A DNA stretch of 63,549 nt, counting the filler, from Welwitschia mirabilis (lineage: Eukaryota): the NCBI GenBank assembly GCA_051453625.1. It is 6 parts of one record of this genome, joined end to end, with 100 filler letters (N's around TTAATTAATTAA, not from the genome) between each part and the next. Parts side by side here need not be neighbours in the genome. Positions count along the whole stretch, not along the records: positions 1 to 25,123 come from JBOZIK010000001.1; 5 more parts are not named here. One strand, given 5' to 3'. This document shows, one piece after another, positions 1-15,000 of this stretch. The notes below the pieces were generated by a model that was not told the origin of the DNA, made no database searches, and worked only from the letters and a program-made list of their open reading frames with translations. Within the stretch, counting starts at the first letter, position 1. Each line of letters begins with the position of its first letter. The position numbers and the translations under genes are program-made.

Positions 1-388
1 CGCCCTTATGTTTAAATGCAGTCATCCATGTCTGTTTAGAGGTCACCCATATTTACCCCAGTTCTTACACAAAGGCTCAAATGGGGTCACTAGAATATAA
101 GTTTTCGGTCACCCGTTATTGAACTGGTCTTCTTTCTGATGTGTTAGATTAGTCACCCGGTATGACACACTCAGTTGCCTATTCTTCAACTGGTTATTTT
201 CTTAATCTACATTAGTCTGGTCGCCCTATGTTCTATGTGTGGTCACTTGATTCTTAAGCAGTATCATAGTTCTTTAATATATCGATCAACAAGTCTTAGA
301 AGTCAATCACCCGATGCTGGGAAATCTCTACAAAATGGACTAACTACAAAAACTCATTAAATTAATCAATGACAATGGGTTCTCAACA
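1..388 (-). mobile_element. Ty1/copia (SIRE-type) LTR, 5' part, truncated by window start; same family as the LTRs at 54371 and 59774
   Basis: 340-388 (aaaactcattaaattaatcaatgacaatgggttctcaaca) is the diverged reverse complement of the LTR start at 54371 (tgttggaagaacctgttgtcattgattaattaacgagttttg). It also carries repeated GGTCACC/GGTCGCC motifs like that LTR. Confidence 0.8.
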
Positions 389-2998
389 CATATGATAAGA
401 GTGTTTAAAGTTCCTGACATAGATAATAGGATCTTTAATACTTGTGAATTTCTCAAAGTTAGGCATTTCACTAGGTGATATTATCTTGCTATGGATAGAA
501 GGTTGAATTGTATTTCATTACAATTTATGTCGAGGTAATTTTTCTTGTTTTGAAGGCCTTATTTAATGTCATTGATAGCCTTCAAAATTATGTTGAATTT
601 AGTTTATTGAATTTAAGATTTTTCATCCCTAGGTTTTTGATTTTTTGGTGGTTCTTTGTCATTTGTTACATACTCAAACAAGCTATCATCATTTTAATCT
701 TTTTTTAGGATTTTTAATCCAAGTTTCCATGATGTCTTGGGTTTTTCTTTGTGATTCCATTCATTTACAAACTCTTTATTTTTGTTGTATTTTTGGGAAA
801 AAGGGTCTTGAGGAAGAATCTTATTTCCATCATCTGACAGTACTAGTTTTCTAATGGCTAACTATCATGTTCTTTTAGTAAGATAGATCAAGTAATTTTT
901 CAAGTAATTGCTATAATCATTCATGATATGAAGTTGATTAGGGATGAAATTTGAAGGGTGTTATTAGATGAGTACCTTGTACTCATATTCAGAAATGAAA
1001 TATTTTTTCTCACGAGTTAACATAGGTATCATAACTATTGTAGAGTACACAAGGTGGTAGACAAAGCATAGGATAAAACAAATGTGGTTAATCAAGAGAA
1101 TAATCAAGAAAAAAAATAAGGAACCTACACAAGAGCTCCTTCTTCGAGTGTCAAAACTGTTATAAATTTTTTTTTGCAACTTTGTGTTTGAAATTTTAAG
1201 TGATCAAATTTTGCTTAATGCCCTTCTTCTAGTGCTAAAATAGTTATGATTATTTTTTGCAACCTCAAATTTATTGATTAATCCATGTAGAAATTTTTAA
1301 ATGATGAACAAACGTTTAAACTAAGAAACAATGATTAGAAGAATGTCTATCTTTTCTATAAGCAAAAGAGGATGATTACAAAAATACCTAATCAAGGATT
1401 AAATGATATAAACATAGGATAATGATGATCTACAAATCAATAATTTTCTAGAAAGATGATATTCAATTAAAAAAAAGTATTTAGTAATAATGAATTGCAT
1501 GATGCAATAAATTATTTTATCTCTTTTTTAAAGAAATATATGGATATTTGAGATATTAGAATTATTTTTTTGATTTCTTTTCACCAAAGAAAAAAGAAGT
1601 CTAGAATAGATGATACAGTGTACAACAGTAAGATCTAAAAACCTAGAATCATTAGAAAACATAATCACATATGCTATTATGGATTTCATAAAGCCCTCTA
1701 TTCCTTTATGTGTTACTTCTTCTAACATGCAGATCTCTTCACCTCCTCTACTATCTATGATGTATTTCTATTCTTAGTGTTCATTATCGTTCCTCCTCAT
1801 TGGTGTCCTTCTGATATTATTTACCATTTCTGATTGCTATCTTTTCCTAGCCTCTACTTTTATTTGATGTTGTTCTAATCTCTTACACTTTTGTATTGCT
1901 TACATTCTCCATTATTGCATTTTTATATTATTTGATTACCTCTCTAATCTCTTTCTGATCTTCTCTATTACTATGATGATCCTTTTCTCACTCCAATTTT
2001 TTGTTTTGCTACCATTCTATTGTGTTTTTTGTGTATGATCTCCTCCACTGGCATTTTCTATCATGTGTCTTTCTGTGCCTCTGTCTGATATGATGCATTC
2101 CACTTTGTCCCTATTCCTTTACTATTGTGTGTTCCCCTTTTCCAATGTTGGATCTCCTTTGATTGTGTTCAATGATTTTTATCTATGCCTTTAGATTTTG
2201 CTGTTCTTTTTTTTAATCCCTCATCATTAAATGTCATAGTCCCTTTTTCATTACTATGCTCCTCTTTTTTTAATATTTCCTTCTAAAAAGTAAAACCATT
2301 TAAGCCAAGAAAATTGGATTTTACATGCTTGGAATAGAGCAAAGATCAAATAAAATTTATTTATGCACCATTATTTTAAGCCAGAATGCTATAGAGATAG
2401 TTAATAGTTTGCTAGGATTAATAGGAGTTACCTTTCATAACTACTGTCTGTGATATTTTTGTGACTTTCAATCTCTGAAGCCTAAGCACTTGATTTTAGT
2501 TTGCCTAATTCATTTTTTAGAAAATAAGAATACTCATCCTCTATCATTAACTTTTGTCAACCAAGAATCAGATGCATTATTATCATTTATTCAACCACTA
2601 AAGATCATGATATCCATTTCTATATTAATGTACCTATATTAGGTTGTAACATTCTTAAAAACTCAAGTGGAATACCTCTGTTGAGTATGAACAACTTGTT
2701 ATGCATCATGGATGAGGTAGAGGGCTCCATAACACATCATGTTAATACCTTAAAGGTTATCAATTGTACACACACATGATTTTAGATGTCACAAATGCTT
2801 TGAGACATTGTATGTTGTAGATAAACATTTCAAACATATCACCATAGGCCAGTAGGCCACTCTCCACTAACCATATTAGTAAAACATCATTAATCACAAG
2901 TCCACAATAAACTACTTTACAATTATCAGTGGTTGGTAATTAATACTAGAGTTTCCAATAGAAGGCTCAGTGTCATTTTAGAACAAGCTTAACTAAGT

Positions 2999-3319
2999 GC
3001 TCTGTATAATACATACAACATGCATAATACTATATTAGATGATAAGATTATGGGAAAGCTTGATCCTGCTGATAAGAAGAATATTAAGGATGTCACAGAT
3101 AACATCATTAACTGGCTAGATGAAAATCAATTGATTGAGAAAGAGGAATTTGATGATAAGCTGAAGGAGCTAGAGGCTCTATGCAATTTCATCATTGCTA
3201 AGATGTATTAGGGTGATGGTGGAATTGGAATTCCTGGAGCCGATGCTTCCTCCGAGGTTTCTAATGGTAATGATAGCAGTGCATCTGGCACTAGATACAA
3301 CATCGAAGAAGTTAATTAA
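2999..3319 (+). pseudogene. HSP70: Cytosolic HSP70 C-terminal fragment (lid domain plus EEVD-type tail), with a premature stop
   Basis: Translates [26 protein letters not shown]...[36 protein letters not shown]...IEEVN*, matching the plant HSC70 end (YNMRNTIKDEK...KELESICNPIIAKMYQG...KIEEVD). CAG>TAG at 3209-3211; EEVD>EEVN. No N-terminal part is visible upstream. Confidence 0.9.
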
Positions 3320-4766
3320 ACTACCTAATAGTTGTTACTTTGTGTTACATTTTTATTGTGAGGTTCATTATCCTTAGGTTATAGTTTAAGTAGTTTGAAG
3401 GGCATGTCATTCCACAATCTATTTGAATGTTTAGTTATAGTATAACCATATAAAAAAATTTTTAAATGATTATCTTTATAAAGGTATTGGAGTTTGGATT
3501 AGGATTTTTATATTGCTAGTGATTTGTGAATTTTTCCTTAGGAAGACAGTGGAGTGCAGGGTTTGAAATGATACATGTAAAAGCTTCATTTAGATGAAGA
3601 TGAGAACTATGAAGAGAAGTTTATAATCATGGTTATGACAAACCTTATAGGGTTTAAAGGATTTTTTAAAGTTTTAAGATTTCAGATAAACACTAACATG
3701 GTACTAGTCAAAGCAGCTAGTCGTGTTGTAGTGCAAAAGAGGAATGTATTTTTGCAAGAATAAGGCAAACAGTCGGTAGTTCCTAACACAAATAAGAAAA
3801 GATAAATGTTTAATGAAGGCTCTTCACTAACTTGTTATACACCCACAGTCTCATAGAAATGGATTGTTTACAAGTTCAATCAAATACCAAGCTACTAGTT
3901 ACATCTATCAATTCTTTGTTTTGACCAGTCCGAATCTATTTATCTATAACACTTTGTCATTTGAAAGATACTTTCTTGTTGCAATGAAAAAACATGTTAT
4001 TTTTTTCACATCAAGGAGATTTTTGTTGTTTAAAAAATGATGGTATGTATTTTCTTCTTCTTGTTATGGTCATTATGATTCCAATTATGTTTTGAGTCAC
4101 ATTCCAGTATTCTGTTTATATTGTGTACTACTATATATTTTATTTGAGATCCCTTCTTTTTCCCATTTAAATTACAGCTAACTTACATTGGACATCAAAA
4201 TAATAATAATAATAATAAATTCATAAAATAAAGTTCTTCTTTTTATTTAAAGTATTTTTACAACTAATTGATCAAATTTTTCCACCATACTATTAGTCAC
4301 TTTTTTAGTTAGTTCTTTAATAAGACATATGCTTTGAAATATACACATCATCATTTGCTTTCATAGTAAATATTTCATTTACTCTTTTCTTTGTTTTCAC
4401 TTTCTTATTTCCATCTTTGACTTATGTTCTAAAACTAAGTAATAACTTCTCCTACCTCTTGAACATTTTTCATGTTGATGCTTCCTCTATAGAGTAGGTC
4501 TAATTCCTTCAAAGTTTGACTCTGTAATTCTCTAAGTAAAACTCTAACTAATTCTCTATTTGTAATTCCATGTTTAGGACATTTTTCTAATAATATATTA
4601 TATCTATCCATAAACTAACCAAACCTTTCATTATATTTTTATTTAATATTCAAAATTTATTCTCTTAAATCTTCTATTATATTTATAGGTTGAAATTTAG
4701 TCAAGAAAGCATTATTAAGAGCTTTTATGAACTAAAAACATGATTAGGATTTTTATGATATCATGG

Positions 4767-4973
4767 CTAAGCATACCATTTTAAAGAAAAAGGAAAATAC
4801 CTCAAAAAATTAGGTTCTGAATCAAGATAATTTGCTTTGCATAAGGCATCAAATAAACTTAAATGTAGTAGGTGTTCTTTTGATTTCTTGTCATCAAAAG
4901 TGGGTATTAATGTTATATTTATATTTCTTACTTTTTTTGGGTATTTTAAGGCTATAGAATTAATAGGACTCAA
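4767..4973 (-). mobile_element. Degenerate Ty3/gypsy (Athila-like) gag remnant
   Basis: ORF IPTFDDKKSKEHLLHL...LC...FLRYFPFSLKWYA resembles the Retrotrans_gag motif (P.F.G...HL..F...C...LRLFPFSLKD.A..W). Confidence 0.5.
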
Positions 4974-7199
4974 AATCTTCTATCTAATAAGTTTTATAAT
5001 TCAAAGGTCTTAAATCTACATCATCTTCCTAATAATGTTCTATTACATATTTCTTTTCAGCTTTATTTATCCTGGTTGTTTGGAAAGACTATCCTTAAGT
5101 GATAGGTGATTTGCTAAGAGTAAGCAACCACTATTATATTTCACTCATTAATTCAAGAAATATTTGTTCTTTCACAATCTTTCCAATAGTGGCTTCATCC
5201 ATAATAAAATGTGCCTCTTTTATTTTTATTTTCATCCTGCTTCTAGTCTACTCATCCAAATCACATTTGTTAGGATTCTTAACAAACCTATCTCTCATCC
5301 TACTATTTTACTTGAGTATCTTATTGGATTATAGACTTCTTCATCTCTACTAGTTGATTTTAAGATAGCCCTCCTTCTAGGGTCAAAATGATGAAAGCTT
5401 ATTTTGTAAAACAAATATAGAAAATACTAAGAAATTATGCAGTAAAAATGTAGAAAACTATGATGCTATTAATCTAAAATGAGCTTAAACTATTAGAGTA
5501 AAATTAGAGATTTACTGAAGAACTAGTTATGGCCAGTAATACTTCAACCATATAATTCAAAATTTATTGTCAAGATAAACTCATGATGAAGTTACTTGAA
5601 CTAGTCAAGTTAATAATTGATAAGTTTGCTATATGCATATAGTACATTATAAGGAATGAACAAAATTAAAAAAATAATAAAAGTTTTACTAAATGCTGAA
5701 TAATACTTATTTCTAATTATTGGTAATTATTCTAATTCATGTTCAAGTAATAAAACATGTTTATAATACTACCAAAAATAATAGCTTTTCAGCTTTATAT
5801 TGAAGTGCCAGAATGATACATAAAAATATAATGATAAGTTTTTGTTTTCCTTTATATATAATACTAGAACATTAGAAATGTTGTTACACCCTTTTCACAA
5901 TTTCTAAAGCTTTCGTTTAACTCTTGCTTAGTTCTATTTCTAGAGCCTTTTTGCTAAAAGATCCACTCTCTCCATAATGAACCCTTTTTTATACCCTTTA
6001 TCCCTTTCAATTTCGATGATTTCTTTTTTTATCCTAAAGAATAGATTTATGGTTGAAGTTATTGCTGTATTTCTGCCATCTTAACCTTCTCCCTCATCAT
6101 CATGTCAAATAGAATTTTTTACCTACAACACAATAATATAATTCTATATGTTGACGTATTGGCATTCCAAATAACTAACCTATTAACTAACTAGTATATT
6201 AATCTTAGTATTAAAGAGAAGTATTGAATACCATCTAAAATATATAATTATAAGAACAAAAACATTTTATTAATAGGAAAAATTTACATCATTATCTTTA
6301 CTCATCATAATGCTTTCAAACTGTCTTAGATTATATAATGAAACCTCAAAAGCATAAAAAGCAGGTAAAATCCTAAAGATCATTAAATGATAATGCAAGT
6401 TATGATATAATAGAAAAATAAGAATAATTACTCAAAAATTACATAAAACCTTAATAGGTTTTACAAAACCCAAGCATAATAGGTATGAAAGAGCTTTAGA
6501 ACTTAAACTAATAGATTAAGGTAAAGAATCAATAGCATATTATAAAATAGAGAAAAACCAACATAATTATGAAGGATTTAATCTAAATATTGGAGTTTCA
6601 TGCTATCCTTAAAAGCTAGCACATTCCTAAGGGAAAGGTATCTAGAAGAGTGATGTGATGAGGGATTATCTAATGATAATAGTATGCTTCATTTGAAAAG
6701 TATTAAAACAAGGCTCAAATTACCTTTTTATGCATCAAAATTTAGGATTAGGGTTACAATTTTAGTGGATCTATAATTGCTAAGATATCATATGAGCTAG
6801 ATTAACATCTGATTAAACTCACAAATACAATAAAGTTAAAAAACATCAAGGTCATCTAGAAAATTTGGAAATGACCAGTGTTGCCACTTGAATCCTACTA
6901 ATGCCCTTGATATTCCTTGAAATTAACTTCTAAGTATTCTATAGAAGATTTAATATTTATTCTATGACATAAAAAATTATATAAATAGTAATAAAATATA
7001 ACTTTTTCATTACTATAACAACAAAAATCATGATATAATGATGAAAACTATAAAAATCATAACTTGGTAATGCTTAGTTATCCTTAAACACTTTAAATAA
7101 ATGACATATTTTACATGTTATCAGTTAACTAAAACTATTAAGTAATTTTTTCATACTAGTGTATAACATTTTGAAATTAAATCTAACTTCACTCATCTT

Positions 7200-8130
7200 C
7201 CTCTTTATTTACAGCATCAATATCTTCACATATATTAAAATCCCTGTGATTGATGCTAGATTCATAATGGATAATTGTCATGAATGATGAATAGGTGTTT
7301 TGGTTATCATCATCTGAGACTTCCTTCTTAAGGACAACATTATGATCATTCCAATGTATGAACTTCTTCCTTCTTATGAATTCTCTGTTTTGAGTTATCT
7401 CCTAAATTTTATAATTACTTAAGTATTTTGAGGTAAAGTAATCTCCAGTGCAATAATTCCAACATTTCAAATCTAAAAAATCACTTTGGATGTAAAATAA
7501 GATTTATTGCATTTACTTTTACCTTTTTCTTATGTTTTAAATAATATCTAATGCTTTTCTTTTATTTTATTTTGTTTGGATAGAAGACATTTGAGTTGCT
7601 TGAAGATAAGAGTAAATTCATCATTAACATCATCTTATGATTCATCATTTAAGGAAGCTATTGATTTCCATTCGCTCTTTTGATTTTAACCCTAATTTTC
7701 CTTTAGTGCTATGGCTTTACTAATGATCCCATATTTTATCAGGTTAATCTCATAAATATCTAAGAAACTTTATAATTCTCCAAACTTCATGATGGAAAAA
7801 TTCTTGGATTATTCCATGGCAATGTTTGTATGCTTGTATGCTAAAGTAAGTGATATCATCACTTTTCAAATAATCTTTTTTACTAATAACTCTCCACTAA
7901 TTTGATGAATGGAATTTATCATGTTTCTCATACTTTTAAAGCATTCATTAATTTACTTTCCTTCGTTAATTCTAAGGTTTTCAAATTGGTTGGTCTAATT
8001 AATAGCTTAGACCATTTCAATATGCAAGTACCTTCATATGTGCATTCGATAACATTTCATACTTCATTTAAAGTATTGTAACCAGTCACTATAATGAATT
8101 CCTTAAGAAAAAGAACATAGTATAGTGCAT
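7200..8130 (-). mobile_element. Highly degenerate Ty1/copia gag remnant, cut at 8130 by an LTR
   Basis: The minus strand near 8130-8020 reads NALYYVLFLKEF...EV*NVIECTYEGT, like copia gag (NALICALS.EEY...EIWETL..THEGT). The left boundary is approximate. Confidence 0.55.
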
Positions 8131-9083
8131 TGTTTTATGGATGACTATCCTAGATGGGAGGAATGAATGGGATAACTAGGATAATCTTAGCAAATTTAAA
8201 GTTCAATACTTTAAAGGCATAATGTAATTAATCTAGTAAAATAAAATACTACCAGTTCCAGTAAACCTATAATTATAATTCATGCAAATGATATTTTAGT
8301 TCTATGAAATTTACTAATAACTAAGTATACAAGAGAAAAATGTAAAGAAAACAAGCTATTTTCCTTTGTTTCACATGTAGTCCCTAGCCATAATCTACAA
8401 GATTTTGTAATAGTATTCGACTAATAGAATAAGGAGTTTTTAACAATCCTTGCCCACTAGTACAGCTCTAATTTTCTTACTTAAAATAGTGTTGCATTCT
8501 TTTTAGAAAAGAAAGAATATAAAGAGTAAGTATAAGATAGATCACAAGATTTTTAGGAAGATGAAAAAAGTTCTAAACATTTCCAAGGGTTTTTCTATTT
8601 ATAACAAATGAAAAATAGCTATTAGTTATAATTATGATGTTATAGATGAATGTTGGAGGTCTTAAAAGGATTATTTTACTTATTAATACAACTTCCAATA
8701 ATTGTCTGTAGTCTTCATATGGTTATATTCTTTGTTTACTATTAAACTAGTGGTTGACCACTTTAAGGGTTTGATTAACCCCTTTTGGTATACTATGGAA
8801 TATTGCTTTGGATAGTTAACCCCTTAAAGTATTTGATTGATTTCTTATGAAATATTGATCTGCTAGGAAGTTGACCTTTACAGAGTATTAATAAACTATA
8901 TGAATTATGTTCATTTACTTTGTACTCGATGGTTAACCTTCAAGTTATGCTAATCATCCTTAGTGATTGACTCTTAAAACTTATCAATTAATTGTAGGAT
9001 GATGAATGTTAATTTTGCATTAGGTGGGAGAACCCATAATGAAGATCAGTTAAACACGCTACCATTTTCTACAATTCTTGGTG
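8131..9083 (-). repeat. Old copia LTR, diverged direct repeat of 17058-18007
   Basis: Colinear similarity over ~950 bp, e.g. taattaatctagtaaaataaa, taattataattcatgcaaatgata, tagttctatgaaatttac and tgttcatttacttt occur in both copies. Confidence 0.8.
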
Positions 9084-12000
9084 ATTCTGATGCACAAGTT
9101 AATTAGATCCTTAGTCATGATCTTTAAGTTCCTTAAATCCATTCATCAAAGATTTTCATTTTCTATTTCAAGGTCTTTGCATAAGTCCTACATAAATGCC
9201 ATTTCATTAAATACTTTGAGTTGAGATTTGGATTATCATCAATTGAAAATTAGGAGATACAACAATATTTTCTTTTATTATTAATGAAAACTAAATCCAA
9301 AAATCATAGCTCTGCTTAATTTGGTACTCCTTGTAATTTTTATTTTTTACCTAAGTATGTGTCAACTAAGAGAATAATAAGCACTTCTTTGAAAAAAAAA
9401 AGAAAAAAAAAATGTAATTTTTTAATTCAAAATAATTTTTATANNNNNNNNNNNNNNNNNNNNNNNNNNNNNNNNNNNNNNNNNNNNNNNNNNNNNNNNN
9501 NNNNNNNNNNNNNNNNNNNNNNNNNNNNNNNNNNNNNNNNNNNTTACTTCAAAATAATTTGTAGAACATTTAGAAAATAGTCCATTTACTTCAAAGATTA
9601 TTAACATTATCAAATTGCTAACCTTTAAAACATAATTGTTTTTCAAACTAACACAAAATCATGTTCATGGTAATTAGTAACATAGATAAGAATACTGATT
9701 TAGTATAAGCTATAAAAATCACCAATATAGTAAAAACTAATCCAACCATATTATGTAATTAATAGTTTAATCTTATATGATCAATGTAATATAAAATACA
9801 CTATCTATGACACCACATAAATGTAATGAAAATCAAATAATATAATGAAAAAAACCACATTATTTCTTCTCCTTTATCATCAAGGGTAAGGAAGGTGCAT
9901 AAGAAAAAAAATAAAGTATGAAGTAAAGAAAAGAACACACTACAAAATTAATCTAAATCACTATCTGATGGGGATCATTTAGGGAATCCCCTATTACTAG
10001 CTCCATGGGATGACTATATAGGTGGGGGATGAGAAAATACTATGGTAGATGATAATGTTAATACATGAGAGTAAGTTTATTCATGTTCATACATGCAAGT
10101 GTGCAATGAGTAAAGAAAGTCTTCAATAAGATATGTAGACTCTCTGGATCTAGTGGAGTAAGGACGAGGACCTATTTAAATTATTTATAGTGGTGCTCCT
10201 ACTCTGCATCTAGGTGATCTAGGAATAGGACCTACCTTAAAAGGATGCATCCATGCCAAAGTAGAGTAGTTAAGAGGCTAAGTGGACTTGAGAATAATTA
10301 CATTGTGCTATGAAATAGAAACTCTAAAGTTTTTACATAATGCCATAACCAAATCACCATATCATAATGTCCTATACTTGTACTATAAGGTATGCACTAA
10401 GAATTTAAAAATAATCATGGATGAATCTGCCTTTTGATGATTATATAACTAGTGTAGAAATATAAGCCCTACAAAGTAATAACATCTTTATAACCTTTTA
10501 AAGTTAGAGGAATATAATTAAAAATGAGGTTTAAAACATGGTATAGAGAAGTGACATGTTTAGTTGAAAAATCTATAGAGGATTCCCAGTCAAATTCAAC
10601 ATTATAGAGATCAAATACATGCCTAAATCACTAAGGATAATCAATGCTTGAGAAGGGTAAATCAGATACACCTCCATGTAGTATGTTAAGAACCTCTACT
10701 ATTACATCTAAATTGGCTCTAAATTCTATCCTTGAAATCATGGTTTTGATCATCGATTCTTTGATGAATATTATCTTAGCATTTGCATATAATGGCTTAA
10801 CAAATTAAAATATAACCTCAAGATAAGATGTCAGAAGTGGTTATTATGCCCTAGACTAGAAAATTTGCTTAATCGATAGGCATAATGTTTTACAAGATTA
10901 GTTGTCTATTATACATTCTCTAAGTGCAATCTTGGCTTTAAAGTCATTTTCAAAGTTCATTCTAAATTGTCTGTCCATTTGGTTAAAAGTATTAATCTCT
11001 CTAGAAGAGGAATTTTTCACTTCCTTGCATTTGGCTATATGAGATAATTAGGGTGTCATTCTACACTCAATTAAAACTATTAGAATCATTGGGAAATAAA
11101 TGTTTTAGTAAAATATTGATACCAATAGTTACAAGATAGGAAATTAGCATTATTCAAAGCTATTTAAGTGTGCCAACATAGAGAAAATTAGACCATTTAC
11201 ATGTGATCATAATAAAATGCATGGATAGATTGAAAATCATACTAGTGAAGCATAATTAGAGTACAAATGATCACATAATGCACCCACACATTATTAAAAT
11301 TAAAATTTATTAAAAAATTTATTAATTTATTAAAATTAAAATATAAGCCAATGCAAAAATTAAAATTTATTAAAAAAATGATAAATAGTCATTTAGAAAT
11401 CAAAAAAATGATGTAAACAAGTTAGGATCTAGTCTAGTCTAGTATGATATAGATAAAAAACATGAGATCAATTTCTATTTCATGAAAAATGATAAAAGAT
11501 GAGGAAATAGATCAAAATGATAAGTAATAATGGTAGAATTTGGTCAAACTTCAAAATTTTAATGAGAATATATTAAAAACTTGATAAAATGAGAATAAAT
11601 AGCAAAAATTTAATCTTATGAACATTGAGCTTAACGAAACTGAAAAGGCAGAAAATGGAATTCTAATGCTTAAGGAAACTGTACAATAAAAGTGAATCCA
11701 CATCAACTGTTTATAGATTTTCTCATTTTTCATAGTAGTCAATCAAACTTTAGGATTGGACAACTAACTATTTCAACCTAAATATAAAAGCCTTAATAAG
11801 AAAAATCAATTTAGAAAGAATTATAGTTAACTATTTGAAATAAGTGGTCATCCAAAGATAAAGGGTAGTAGACTATTATGCAATTAACCTATGAATGACA
11901 GTGGATCGACCACCCAAGGTTAAATTTCAGAATTTGTAAAGAAGGAATAAGAAGGCACAATGAATAAATTTAGATGAAAGAATACTAGTATCCTTAAGAA

Positions 12001-15000
12001 ATAGATAATAGTTTCAAGAACATAAATATTTAGAAGGTTGGCTGAAGAAAAGTTTAAGGACAAGATCTAGGGTTCAAGGATTTGCAAAGAAATTAAAATC
12101 AATCTTATAAAAGAGGCCTTGTAAAGGCGTCATCAAGTTATTAGTTAGTAGGACATGTTCAAAAATAATATCTTTATATTTCACATGATCCTTAATAAAG
12201 TGATATCTAATTCCTATGTACTTATTTTTTACAGTGTAAGAGTGGATTATTTGAAATATTTATGAAATTAAAATTGTTAGAAAAAATAGGGGTATTGATT
12301 TAATAAATGTCAAAATCATTTAGCACATAATGATCCCACAAGACTTATGCACTACAAATATGAGTAATAACATATTCTACTTCATCAATGGACAAAGAAA
12401 TAAAGGTCTATTTCTTACTAACCCCCTCATAAGAAAATCTCCAAAAAAAGCAATAGTAATGACTAGTAATTTTCTTATCATATCTCGACCCAACCCAATC
12501 AACATCATATAAGGTAGAAAATTCAATAGAAACTTAGATACCATAATTAAGTATACCTCTAACATGCCTAAGAATTCTTTTAATTTCTTTAATACAAGAT
12601 TATTTATGTTTAGATTGGTACTTGATACAAAGTCCTATCACAAAGGTAATATTATATTAGTTGGCAATGAGGTAGAGTAGGATTTTAATCATGCTTTTAT
12701 ATAGTTTTTAATCCAGATCCTTTCCATTTTCATCAATGTCAATCTTGGTATTTATTCCTATTAGTGTGGATATAGGGTTGTAATTGTTCATACTGGACTT
12801 CTTCATGAATTTCCTTGCAAATCTTTATTATGATAAAAATACACCATCTTTTATTTAATAGATCTGCAATCAATTATTCTGCAATCCTAAGTATATCTCA
12901 AGCTTATTAAAATGGCTCATTTAAAAATGTTTAGTTACAATATTGGCAAAATCATAAGACATAGAATCTATGGTAGAACCAAATATTATATAATCAACAT
13001 AGATTTAAATAAATAAAAATTTATATATGATCCTTTTAGCAAATGAGATCTTGTTGATTTTTCCACTAACAAAATCATGCTTCATAAGTGAAGAAGTTGA
13101 CATTTCATAACATGCTCTAATTACTTTCTTAATCTTATATGAAGATTTCTTCAACCTATAAACATGGTTAGGAGATCCTAGTTTTTCAAAACTAGTATGT
13201 TGTTTTATGAAAATCAAATCATTCACTGTACCATTTGGAAAATCACTTATCACATCCGTTTGATAAATTTTAAAGTTAAAATAACATGAAAGTACAAGAA
13301 AAATATGAATAGATTTTAATCTAGTTATAGGTTCATAAGTTTCATCAAAGTCAATGCCTTCCATTTGAGTGTATCCTTGTGCTATAATCTTGCTCTTTTT
13401 CTTATAACTTGAGATTTCTCATTTAACTTGTTCTTAAATATCCATTTTGTTTCTATGACATTATGATCATTAGATCTAGGAAAAAATTCTCAAACATCAT
13501 CTTGTTTAATTTTTACAAACATTTTACATTTTAAAATTAGACATAAAATACATTTAGCACAAATTAAACTTGTAGTCTTAACCTTGGCAAACACATTTTG
13601 AATTACTAATTATATAGATGAGTCCTTGGACATAATGTGTTTTTATGTTTTTCTTGATTATAACTTCAAGAAGAAGTTTTGAAAGAATGATGTGGATTTC
13701 AAAAGATGAAATATAGGTTTGGCCATTTGATTAGATTCTTTTTGAAATTAAATCTATACTTTTATCTTCATTATTATTTATATCATTACCTTTTTCTATT
13801 CTTACATGCACAAATTCTTTAGCTCTTTCTAGATCATAACTGTAAACTCTATAGGCTTTACTTGTTGTAAAATATCTAAGAAAAATGGGTTCTAAATACT
13901 TTGAGTCAAGTTTATTTACGAGTCTAATATTCTTTAGAATATAGCATTTACTACTAAATATTTTAAAGTATGATTTATTTGATCTTTTTCCTTTCCACAT
14001 ATCATAAGGCGTTTTGATAGTACTAAGTCTATAAAAAGCTCTATTGAAGACATAACAAGTTGTGTTGAAAGATTCAGCTCAAAATCGTTGAGCTATTTGC
14101 TTTTCTTAAAGCATGATTTTAGTCATTTCTTAAATAAATATGTTCTTATTTTCTACTAATCCATTTTGTTAAAGGGTCCTAAGGGTAGAAACCTCATGGG
14201 GAACTCCTATTTGTTTACATCACTCTTTAGAAAATTCATTTTCAAGTTTCCCTTCATAATTATTTCTAATTTTATTTATGTTATAACTAGTTTCATTTTC
14301 TAATCTTCTATACAAGACTTGAAATTTCTTAAATTCTTTCTTCTTATGCCTTAGTAATAATACGAAATAAAATCTACAAATGTCATCAATAATTAAAAGT
14401 ACATATTGTTTTTCACCAAGACTCTCTACATAAGTAGGACCTACAACATTAAGATGAAGAAGAACTAAGGATTGATGAGAAGAAACTTGATCAGATTGAA
14501 AGAAACTCTTTCTTGTTTTCTTTCTTGATTGATAAACATGAAAAATATTATTTTCTACTTTACTAAATGTAGGAATACCTCTAATTAAATCATGTTTTTA
14601 GGTTTTTTATAAATATTTTTATAATTAACATGACCTAAGTATTTATTCCAAATTCTACTTTTATTAGAAGCAACATAAGATAAATACTTATTTTCTAATC
14701 CTTGTCTAATCGAATAAAAATTTTCATCTCTATCATTAACTAAAATAAAATTTTCCTACTTATCTAAAACATGATAATTAAAAGTACAACATAAGACATA
14801 CATATCTTTATTACGAATTTGGATAATGCTAATGAGGTTGTGTAATAAACCATTGATGTAGAGGACATTGTGAAGAGCTGGAAAGTTTTTTCAATTGATT
14901 GTGATAATACCTTCCATCATTGCCTTACCATTTTCTCCAAATATCATTTCACCTTGATTATACTTTTTCAACTTTGTGAACAAATTTGTATTTCTGTCAT

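Noticed and set aside
400-2270. Possible gypsy (CRM-like) gag on the minus strand with a decayed zinc knuckle near 450-500
   Set aside because: Too degraded to support by eye; only vague motif resemblance.
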